Of a stretch of DNA of 39,607 nt, positions 11,671 to 20,590 are shown one piece after another. Origin of the DNA: Bigelowiella natans CCMP2755 (lineage: Eukaryota > Protista > Cercozoa). Position numbers and translations under genes: made by a program. Position 1 is the stretch's first letter. Every line of letters starts with the position of its first letter. The stretch covers positions 1-39,607 of the forward strand of contig ADNK01003153.1 of NCBI GenBank assembly GCA_000320545.1. The letters are read 5' to 3'. Under the pieces are notes generated by a model that was given only the letters and a program-made list of their open reading frames with translations, was not told the DNA's origin and ran no database searches.

Positions 11671-14600
11671 TCAATGTGACACGAAGGCTCCACGATCAGG
11701 TGCCTTGCGGGCACGAGTGTGCATCAGAATGTTGCGTGCACTGATGTCAGCATCATCCTCTTCTTCCTCATCCCCCGAAGAATCATTGAACAGATCTTGA
11801 TCACTCTCCGACGAAGACGCTTCATCCTGTGGTGGCACTGCAGCTTCCGGTAATGCTGTGAAGGTGCCAAAGGGAGACAAGTACTTTGCATGAACTGCGT
11901 TTCGATGACTTGTTTCAGGATCTTCCACTCTGTAAGTGTTGGAATCTCTAATGCTCGCTGTGATCAGGACGGGGCCTGTCTTTTTCAGCGCGAAATGCGG
12001 AGCAACACGATGCCCTTTACGGTCCTCGTCACGGTGCAACCACACTAGATCCCCCACTTTGTATCGTTTTAGTTGCCCCATCTTGTCATTGCGTTCAAAG
12101 TTTTTCAAGAATCTCCATTCAGATCTATCCGTCAGGAACAACTGTCTCATCTTCTTTATAATTTGAATGCGAGAGTCAATGTCGTCTCCGACTTTCTCCT
12201 CTCTCATAGGTATACGTTTGCCGTTTAAGTCTCCTTCTAACTTAGGTTGAAACCCGAACAGGAGCTTAGCGTACGAGTTTCCTCGAGCATTAGGTAACAA
12301 AGTATTAGCTGAGAAGACAGCATAAGGTAATTCTTTGTGCCAATTGTATCTCGATTCAGACTGTTGTGTGAGCTGTGCCAATATTCCGTTATTAAGCACT
12401 CTATTCTTTCTTTCAATTAGTGAGTTGCCCGTTTTGGATTTACTCGATGTAGTGAGTTTTATAAAACCGAATCTGTTCTTCAAGTGTAACATGACGCTGT
12501 TCATAAATTCAGGTCCCTGGTCAGTAAGGATCTTACGAGGTACACCAAACACGACAATGAAGTCGAATAGAAACTCTGCCATAACTTTAGCGTTAAGTTT
12601 CTTGTAGTATTTCGCGAAAATATATCCTATCGACAAGATGCACGCATTCAGTATGTAGTGATACTTTCCTTCTATGCGTCCAATAGCATCAATCGATACG
12701 GCTTCCATTACTCCTCTTATCTGTAGCTGCTTGTAAGGTAATTGCTTCATGCGAGATTTTGTTCTGATGCATACCTGACAGGTTGCAACATATTTTTTGC
12801 ATGAATACGTCAAGCCTTTCCAGTAATATACTTGCAGGATTTTTGTTGCCATGTCATTTGCATATCTGTGATTTGCAAGATTCGTTATGTGGTAGGCGTC
12901 CATGATTTTAGTCCGATATTGATTAGGAACCACAATGAGCAAAGGGATACTGTGGTCGTCGTTCTCACAGTCGCCGTACTTGTACAAGGTATTGTCCACA
13001 ATTTTGTATTGTGCCGTAGTAAGAGCATGATTTGGATTGCCTTTATTTTCTAGAGCTGCGAATATTTTAGTGAACTCTGCCCGTTGTTCTGCAGGTAGGC
13101 GCTCAGATAATATATCGCACTTGAGCTCCACCTCCACACTGTCCGACTGTAAAGGTGAGAACTCTATTCCGTATTCCATTGTGTTACAGTTCTCCATATA
13201 TTCATCTGCTTCATGCGCTAACGTAGAGCACGGGTGCATCATTGAGTCCCCGTCGAAGCGCGCAGCATTAACTTCAGGAGTAAGCTTGCTCTGGTTTGAT
13301 TTGTTTTTTGTGTTTATCCTTTTAGAAAGGATGCGAAACTTGGACTCGTCAAAGCCCACCTTCTTCGCCACATCATAACACAGTTGTGAGCAAGTAAGTT
13401 TAACCTCTGCATCTGTGGGATGGTATCCAACTGCCGGTTGGTTACAGCTCAAGCAGGTACTATTTTTTAATTTATCACCAAAGTATTTGAGCATTGCCGA
13501 AGCATGGTGGAGAGGGAAGAGATTGACCAGTGTTTCTTTATCCGCATCATCTTCAACACTGTGTCCAGGCCTACTAATGCAATCCGCATTTTTGTGGCTC
13601 GGGCCCTCTCTGTATTCAACACCCACTAGCATGTACGAGTTATAAGCTACGGAGATTCTGGTGTAAGGTTCGCGTAATTGATCTTGTCCATGTACCACCA
13701 TGTGTATGGCAACCTTTGCATCCATTCTTACACGCGTTGGAAATCCCTTAATAAAGATACTGAAGTAGTCCAGACTCCTAGCACCGTTGTCAAATTCTTT
13801 TCTTATTACGTGCCATTTTATCTGATGTTTGCGCCAGGTGAAGCTGAAGCAACATATGAGGCGCTCCACCCCATCAACTACTTGAGACAGAGTAGCTCCA
13901 CCAGCATATTTAGACGCATCCACATCCACAAGGAATGGACTCTCACGGGTAATGTGTTCGAACTTAGGTATATACAAAGACGAAGACTTCAGCATATCCC
14001 TCGCAGCATCTAAAGCCATCTGTTGTTCTTTTCCCCAGACTTGTGGAGCTGTTTTTGAATTCAGGATGCTGATAGGTCGAATAATATTCCAGAAGTCTTT
14101 AACATATCGTAGATAATAGATGAATAATCCTATGATGCGTTGCACCGATTTGAGGAATCGTGCTCCCTTTTTAGGTGGTTGGAGTGCATCCAGGGGATAC
14201 ATCCTCTTCGGGTCTGGGTAATGTTTGCCATTTTTCCTGATAACTCCTACCATGGATAACTCTTTTGGAAACGCTTGTAATTTTTTAGCAGATAGGTACA
14301 AGTTCTTGGTCTCAGCCCTCTGCATAAATCTGGTAAACTCTAACAATGCTGCCATGAACGTGTCCCCCATGTTGTAGTAATCATCCACATGAACCACAGT
14401 GTCGTTGAGTCCTTTGATAATTTGGATCATCAACCACGCAAATATCTGAGGAGCATTTTTATATCCAAATGGTAGGCCCAAACTTGATCTAGCACATTTC
14501 TGAGTTACAAATACGAAGGTCATTTGCGTTTTCTTTGTGCACCCTATCTGTGGCCAGCCTGATTTAGCGTCGGTTGATATCACCCAGTTTTTCGTCATTA

Positions 14601-17292
14601 CTTTCCGTATGGTGTTTTCCGTTATCGGCATAACGAAGTACATCAATTCCACAGCATCGTTGACCTTTTTCATGCTAATAACCACCCGACAGGTACTCTT
14701 GCCTTTGTCCCAGACAGGAAATGCAGGTGAAGTGGCTATTACTTTTTCTTCATTCGACACTTTATAACACAACCCATGTTTTTCCAGTTCTTCTAACTTA
14801 GTCTCCATCGCATTTAATCTGTCCGGGGGCAATCGGTAAGCCTTTTGGTGCATAAATTTCTTTCCTGGTAGAAGGTAATCGTGGACTTCATGTTTCGGCA
14901 TACGTAATTCTCCTGTCTCAGGTATATTTTCCACAAATCGCGACGAATAACGACACAGGACACGACGTAGGTAATAAAATTGTTCTCTTGACGTCATGAG
15001 TGTAGAACCCGCGCGGAACTCTTTCTCTACTCTGTTCAGCATACGCAAGCAGTCTCCCGAAGCAAGTTCCGCATTGGTACGTTCTGATTCTCTATGGACG
15101 TATTGGAGCGATACGATCTTACCGAGACTATGTTTAATTTCCTCATCAGGTACCCCCGTACCGCAGACGTGGTCGCACTCTCTCAATCGGGAATCCGCTG
15201 CATCTAACAGGTCGAGTGTTTCATGGACTAGACATGAATTTAATAGCCTTTTAGCTTTGTTTCGTTTACCTTCGTTAATACCCGTATCCTGGGCTACTGC
15301 AGGTAAGGCCAGCAAGTTGCTTTCCAGTATAAGTGAGTTCGCATTTCGAAGGTGAGAAGTGCAGGGATAAGAGCAAACAGGTGTGCCATCAATTGTGACT
15401 TTACGGTGTTCGGGTTTGGGGTCTGGGTACGACATGATGCGGTATAGGTTTCTCATATCTTGGCCAATTATAAAGTCAAAGTTTACATTCCCATCCAGGA
15501 CTATAGCAAAAATCCTGAGCCTTACGTATCCCCCCCGAGCGGTTTTGCACTTCACTCTTATCTCAAATTCCACCTCACCCTCCATGCGGACACAGGTAGT
15601 ACTTAAACCTCTAACCTGGCCACTCATCTTTGTCCTTTTCATTTTTACACCTAGCTTACTGAGTAATTTGATCTTTTGCAGGCTAATGGTGGTAGGCTGC
15701 GATCCATCGTCAAGGAGTGCTTTCATCTCAGCAGGTCCACTCTTGCCTTCCACAAATACCCTTAGCACATTGCGTTGGCGTAAAGACTCATTTGCATTGT
15801 AGGGCTTAGAGGCGATGTTGACCTGTGGGATATTTATTTTTGCTAACTCTGTCATATCGTTTTCCACAGTTTGCACTACGTCCTTGCCGGATTCCCTCCA
15901 GTCACTATTCAAGGTATTAGAAGAGGGATGGGGGCTAGGGTTTACTTTGGGGTAACTCGCATCCACTGTGACCTTCGACAAATTTGCCGCTTTATCCCCT
16001 AGGTCGTGCGAGAATCTACATCTCTTGCCCCATTTACATTTTCCCTCTCTAATATATTTGCACAGCCTGTTAGACTTCCCTCCTTTCTCATGACTATATT
16101 TGCATTCATTTCCATATCGACAAGTCCCTTTTTTGTGGAAGTTGAAGCAGATCTTCTTCTTCTTGTTCCCTTCCATTCCAATTGCATTCACACTATTGTA
16201 TTTCGGTTGTGACTCCTGAATTATTTCCTCTCTAATTCTCAGCTGTTTGAAGAGTTCGGCTGGAGTCATACCCGTGGTATCGTAATGTGCCATAGCTAGG
16301 AGTAGGGATCGACCATATCTGTGGTTTTGCAATAGTATTTTGTAATGGTTCATCCTGTCGTACCTGTCAATCTTGTATGTCGGGAACACACTGCATACTT
16401 GTTTGTATTTGCTATGTATTTGGTCTACAAATCTGAATTTCTCCTTTCGCAGTTTATCAAACTCCTTGTTAAACCCAAACCTTGTGTCTTGCGGGGACTC
16501 TTCGCCACACAGGTGTTGTATTCCTTGTTCGAGTTTCTCGCGATGATCCATTTGGTATTGCCGTTCCTTCTCCTGTTTTTTAACGTACAGGTCGAATCTA
16601 TCCCGTGCATCCTGGGACAATATCGTTCGGAAGAACTCGTATCCGAATCTCATATCCGCTCCAAAGAGTTCGCTGTGCCCTACGATTTGACTCTGGATTC
16701 TTCTCACCCTCTTCCGAAACTTTTCACGGCAAATAAAGGCTGGGTCTAGTTCTCCCCTCACCTTGATTTTCTTTCCGAATATTTCCATAGCTTTCGCTCT
16801 GTAAGACATTCCTCGGTAATCCCCGATGTCTTGTTCTCGCATTTCATTTTGTTTCTTTTCCTCTGCTACCGTTGCATCTTCCTCGTCTATCAAGTCCTCC
16901 GCTACTTCCGGATTTTCTGTGAAGCATTTCCACGTTTTCTCCGGCACTCCTTTGTCACTACATCGATCCATGAAGAACCTACGGGAACTGCGATTGTCTC
17001 GCAAGCTGCGGACATCCTTGTTGAAATCAACCGCCAGTTTCTCCTGGATGGACACCCCTTCCAGGACCATTCGAAACTTGTCAATTTCCATCCTGAGCAG
17101 AACTTCCTGCCAATTGGATTCCTTCAAGTCACCTGTAGCACCTGCAGCAACAGGTCCTCCTGTTTCAATGTGCATCACCTCTGGCACTTTTTCCTTTCCT
17201 TCCACTGCGCCGCTACCATCTGCGACCACTGAGAGCAACCTCCCAGTGTCGGCTTCTGTCTCTGCCAAACTAGCAAGCTCGTCGCCGCTCAT
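11671..17292 (-). CDS. Gag-Pol polyprotein, 1873 aa
   Basis: Two CCCH fingers; protease ALLDDGS; RT STDAKSGWPQ / LPFGYKNAP / VHVDD; RNase H VDASK..GATLSQ..HKNADCISR; integrase H-x6-H..C-x2-C, SIDAIG, ILTDQGPEF, NSLIERKNR; C-terminal YKVGDLVWL..GP SH3-like module; acidic tail. Confidence 0.96.
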   Translation of the reverse strand: MSGDELASLAETEADTGRLLSVVADGSGAVEGKEKVPEVMHIETGGPVAAGATGDLKESNWQEVLLRMEIDKFRMVLEGVSIQEKLAVDFNKDVRSLRDNRSSRRFFMDRCSDKGVPEKTWKCFTENPEVAEDLIDEEDATVAEEKKQNEMREQDIGDYRGMSYRAKAMEIFGKKIKVRGELDPAFICREKFRKRVRRIQSQIVGHSELFGADMRFGYEFFRTILSQDARDRFDLYVKKQEKERQYQMDHREKLEQGIQHLCGEESPQDTRFGFNKEFDKLRKEKFRFVDQIHSKYKQVCSVFPTYKIDRYDRMNHYKILLQNHRYGRSLLLAMAHYDTTGMTPAELFKQLRIREEIIQESQPKYNSVNAIGMEGNKKKKICFNFHKKGTCRYGNECKYSHEKGGKSNRLCKYIREGKCKWGKRCRFSHDLGDKAANLSKVTVDASYPKVNPSPHPSSNTLNSDWRESGKDVVQTVENDMTELAKINIPQVNIASKPYNANESLRQRNVLRVFVEGKSGPAEMKALLDDGSQPTTISLQKIKLLSKLGVKMKRTKMSGQVRGLSTTCVRMEGEVEFEIRVKCKTARGGYVRLRIFAIVLDGNVNFDFIIGQDMRNLYRIMSYPDPKPEHRKVTIDGTPVCSYPCTSHLRNANSLILESNLLALPAVAQDTGINEGKRNKAKRLLNSCLVHETLDLLDAADSRLRECDHVCGTGVPDEEIKHSLGKIVSLQYVHRESERTNAELASGDCLRMLNRVEKEFRAGSTLMTSREQFYYLRRVLCRYSSRFVENIPETGELRMPKHEVHDYLLPGKKFMHQKAYRLPPDRLNAMETKLEELEKHGLCYKVSNEEKVIATSPAFPVWDKGKSTCRVVISMKKVNDAVELMYFVMPITENTIRKVMTKNWVISTDAKSGWPQIGCTKKTQMTFVFVTQKCARSSLGLPFGYKNAPQIFAWLMIQIIKGLNDTVVHVDDYYNMGDTFMAALLEFTRFMQRAETKNLYLSAKKLQAFPKELSMVGVIRKNGKHYPDPKRMYPLDALQPPKKGARFLKSVQRIIGLFIYYLRYVKDFWNIIRPISILNSKTAPQVWGKEQQMALDAARDMLKSSSLYIPKFEHITRESPFLVDVDASKYAGGATLSQVVDGVERLICCFSFTWRKHQIKWHVIRKEFDNGARSLDYFSIFIKGFPTRVRMDAKVAIHMVVHGQDQLREPYTRISVAYNSYMLVGVEYREGPSHKNADCISRPGHSVEDDADKETLVNLFPLHHASAMLKYFGDKLKNSTCLSCNQPAVGYHPTDAEVKLTCSQLCYDVAKKVGFDESKFRILSKRINTKNKSNQSKLTPEVNAARFDGDSMMHPCSTLAHEADEYMENCNTMEYGIEFSPLQSDSVEVELKCDILSERLPAEQRAEFTKIFAALENKGNPNHALTTAQYKIVDNTLYKYGDCENDDHSIPLLIVVPNQYRTKIMDAYHITNLANHRYANDMATKILQVYYWKGLTYSCKKYVATCQVCIRTKSRMKQLPYKQLQIRGVMEAVSIDAIGRIEGKYHYILNACILSIGYIFAKYYKKLNAKVMAEFLFDFIVVFGVPRKILTDQGPEFMNSVMLHLKNRFGFIKLTTSSKSKTGNSLIERKNRVLNNGILAQLTQQSESRYNWHKELPYAVFSANTLLPNARGNSYAKLLFGFQPKLEGDLNGKRIPMREEKVGDDIDSRIQIIKKMRQLFLTDRSEWRFLKNFERNDKMGQLKRYKVGDLVWLHRDEDRKGHRVAPHFALKKTGPVLITASIRDSNTYRVEDPETSHRNAVHAKYLSPFGTFTALPEAAVPPQDEASSSESDQDLFNDSSGDEEEEDDADISARNILMHTRARKAPDRGAFVSH
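17207..17218 (-). other. Primer-binding site, probably tRNA-iMet
   Basis: Minus strand TGGTAGCGGCGC, 2 nt after the 5' LTR; TGGTAGC is complementary to the GCUACCA 3' end of eukaryotic initiator tRNA. Confidence 0.75.
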
Positions 17293-17642
17293 TCAGCAAA
17301 AACAATCAAACTTTCCAATGAACAATGAAACCCTGATGACATTGGTGACTTCAGAACACACGCATGTGCACGCTCAAACAAACACACTGACCGCTTTCAA
17401 ACTTCTAGCGAACTGACTGCCAGATGCGGGTTCGCTGCCATTGACTAATCGAGGCAGCTACGTGCACACAAACTTGGTTTTCCCAAACCACTTGCTTCCC
17501 ATTTGATGACTCAATTTGCTCATCAACTGACAGCACCAACTGAACCCAAAACTGCCAAAACTGCAGGGCATTTCAACGGGATCAACTTGACTTGATTGAC
17601 CACTTTCAACGGTCAAATTCCTTTGAATTTTCCGCCGTTGCA
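17221..17642 (-). repeat. 5' LTR (422 bp)
   Basis: Partner of 11134-11555; followed on the + strand by the TSD cacag. Confidence 0.97.
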
Positions 17643-18830
17643 CACAGAGTGCTTGGTTGGTCTCGATTTTGCTGCTCTGATGTCAGTCACCAAACCAAAG
17701 AGTGAGGGAAGGAAGGATCCTTGACCTAACTGAAGTTCAGTGTTGAGCAGATCCAGGTGAGCATCCATTTTTGATTCTTTGGAGCCTTTGAAAAACATTT
17801 TTGGGTGGGTTTCATTTCCAGATTTGAATTGGATTCCTTGAAAGTCTTTCCCATGTTTTGTTTGGAAAGCTTTGTGCGTTTGGAATTCGTTCAATCCCAG
17901 TTCACCGATCAACTTTGGAGTCACTTGTGCCCGTTTTTTCCCAATGTCTGGAACATCTTTTTTTTCACTGGATGGGTTCAAATCTTCTGCGTTCTTTTCG
18001 GCTTGACACTTTGTCTCTTCTTCCTCGGTGTCAACTTCTGCAAGCGCCTGGCGTTTTTCATCCATTGAATCTGTTGCACTTGTTTCCTCGTTTGCTGGTT
18101 CAGTGACGTGATGCTTTTTCCCAGTTGAGTCAGTGCGACATGGGTCTCCGGAGGCCGTGATGGCGCCCCCTGCCTGCAGCATGGCTGTTTTGTCAAGTTC
18201 CAACATGATCACGTTCTGTTCACATTTCCGGTTGCACTTCTTTTGATTCCTGGTGTGACTTTTAGGAACTTGCCAGCTTTGGTGTCGTTTCCGCTCATCA
18301 TGTCCTTGCATGTTTGCTTCAGGATCATCATCTCTGTCCTGAGGTCCATCAGCGTGAAATGAGGTCATGACACTGGCACAGGTTCTTGAGGTCCGTTGGG
18401 TCAAGGAGGGTTGGCCTTCCATTGTTTGATTCTTCAGATGTTCCTTGATGCAGTTCAATTCTTCTTCAAGTTTCAGCAATTTGTTGCTGAGCCCAGCATT
18501 TTCCTCCTGCATGTCTTTTTGGTTTTGCTGTGATTGTTGTTGCTTCTCGTCAACTAACTGGACCATGGTGGTCAGCATTTCGCACAGCTTTTTCACTTTG
18601 TCCCACTGAGGAATTTCTTTGTGTTCCATGATTGCAGACAATGATGAAGTAGCTTCGCGCAGGCATTGAGATGGATCATGACTTTTCCTGTCAGAGCCAT
18701 CGTCATCATCATTGCATTCCGAATCGAGATCCAACGTTGCGTGTTGATTCTTTTTGTAACTTCTTCCCTTTTTTTGTGTTTTGTGCTTGTTGGTGCCACG
18801 CGCGCTGCGCGTGATCATCACGGTAGGCAA
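17643..18830 (-). pseudogene. 5' part of an older TE ORF (non-LTR ORF1/gag-like), interrupted by the gypsy insertion
   Basis: About 395 open codons, intronless, with a coiled coil (QKDMQEENAGLSNKLLKLEEELNCIKEHLKNQ) followed by RTCASV (resembles the T/S-Y-A-S-V motif of LINE ORF1s) and a basic WQVPKSHTRNQKK segment; only one Tyr; extreme TA depletion. Family assignment is inference. Confidence 0.6.
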
Positions 18831-18964
18831 TGTTTCACTTGCACACGGCCATGCATCCGTTTGAGATGTGCATGGTTGAGTTAATTAAATCTTTGCAGTT
18901 GTCACCCTAAATGCAAAGCACTAGCCATGCACGTGTGCACATGTATGTGTGTACATGTGTACAC

Positions 18965-19003
<39 letters not shown>

Positions 19004-19502
19004 ACTTGCACATTAGACCACTGATGCTAGTACACACCATGCAGGCAAAAGCATGCAACAAGAATCAGTAAAAAGATCTACGTGCGCGCAACAGCTTTAG
19101 ACACACAATGGTTTTTAATCGAAAAAATTTACACTATTTAGCGTCGTTCATGCAGATCGAGACACTGTGCAGCGTCTGTGTGACAATTGGCCAAATGCGC
19201 ACCCAAAGCTGAAAGCCTTCGAGGGACATCAAGTGTGCGATTATGGTGAGATACATTTTGAAATAATCACAAATGCCTTTGCCACAAGTATTGCTGTAGC
19301 ATGGTAATAGCTAGTATAACTCGATTCGACCCATAATTTAATGTGCATTGTTACAATCGCTGAATGATGTACATCCCAGATCAAAATAAAGTCATGAGGA
19401 TTCTGTCATTGGATATCTACCAGAGAGTACAACCACAACGATACGGAGTCTGTGCTCGTGTATGCACATAGCTTGCAACTCATTACCACACTTGTATTTT
19501 AA

Positions 19503-20335
19503 CTACGTCGACGTTGTCGCTTGTTGCTGACCCTGCGCATTTTCCCTTGCCGTAGCGTCCCGATAAATCCAGCCCTGAAGCACTAAGATGGCATTAAGTG
19601 CCAAAGATAGCCCGAAATTGAACAGAAGGGCCCAATCTTTGCCTATTTGCGTTAGAGTTGTGAAGATCCGCAGCGTACAGCCTGCGCATCGAAGCCCGGG
19701 GGGGAGCAAAGCTAGCTGCCCAGTCGAGCCAGCTCGGGCATTTTGAACGATCTGTGGCACATAGGCTCCTACCATGCAGGGAATATTGAAGTAGATCAAC
19801 CATGGCCAGAAGGCCTGTGGCAGTTGAAACTGCAGAAGCGTCATCACGACGAACAAACTACTGACCCCCACGATTTCGGTCAATGGAGTTTTATTGTATC
19901 TCCAAAGAAGACTAATGATAGCGAAATTCTGGAGCAATATAACCACATTTTCGCCGTAGCAGCTGAAGGGGTATCTATTTATGGTGTGTATGTTTTTGCT
20001 TGCATACGTCAAAATGTCTCGTGTGATCGGGCAAAGATGTTCACACACACACACACACACACGCACACACGCACAGCCCTGCATACTTACGCACACGAAT
20101 TCAAAGGAACATATATTAAAAACTACGAGTCGGAATCCTCCTCCTCGCAAAGATGATACACCTTTCGAGCACATGATATACAACCGCCGAGCTGTACATT
20201 GGAACAGCCCAATATCGGGAGGCTGCAGATATTCCTTTTGCACTTTTCGCCATCAAAATCTTTAAAATTTGTGGTATCTCTAGTAGCGCTGAACCACCCA
20301 TAAGTGCGTAGCCGCACGCCTTAGAGACCGCGATC

Positions 20336-20373
<38 letters not shown>

Positions 20374-20590
20374 TGTAATTGTTGGCGTTGTAATCTTCCC
20401 CCCCCCCCCCCCCCCCCCCTCTCTCTATCCCTCTCTTCTACCATTTTCTTTGTGTTTGCGTGGAATTGTGCTCTCATTTGCCTCAAATTCAGCCTACCTG
20501 CAAGGCCGGCACGGTAGTTGCACAGGGCAGAGTAGGAAGGCTCCTCTTCCTCTTCTTAACCGCGACCGAAGGCCATAGTTCACCCGCCAT
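19503..20590 (-). CDS. MPDU1: MPDU1-like PQ-loop membrane protein (mannose-P-dolichol utilization defect 1), 3 exons
   Basis: SKACGYALMGGSALLEIPQILKILMAKSAKGIS (first PQ loop); YPFSCYGENVVILLQN; VPQIVQNARAGSTGQLA..LRIFTTL (second PQ loop). ATG at 20590 inferred. Confidence 0.85.

Larger units (their letters stand above)
11134..17642 (-). mobile_element. Full-length Ty3/gypsy LTR retrotransposon
   Basis: Two 422-bp direct repeats with TG...CA ends, 5-bp TSD CACAG (11129-11133 and 17643-17647), PBS and PPT in the expected positions, single ORF in the order Gag-PR-RT-RH-IN. Confidence 0.97.

Noticed and set aside
11936-16749. Plus-strand ORFs antisense to gag-pol
   Set aside because: Shadow frames of the long minus-strand ORF with no motifs.
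11134-17642. CpG methylation decay or classical RIP as the cause of the CA/TG LTR mismatches
   Set aside because: All of the roughly 20 CpGs in the LTRs are intact in both copies, two of the four sites still show TA in one copy, and the region is TA-depleted, whereas RIP would enrich TA.
11134-18967. Deamination of ApT-context 6mA, or ADAR editing of element RNA
   Set aside because: Mutated sites are in CTAA/TTAA contexts rather than AT, and AT (CATG) is abundant. Changes occur on both strands and differ between the LTRs, so they arose in DNA after integration.
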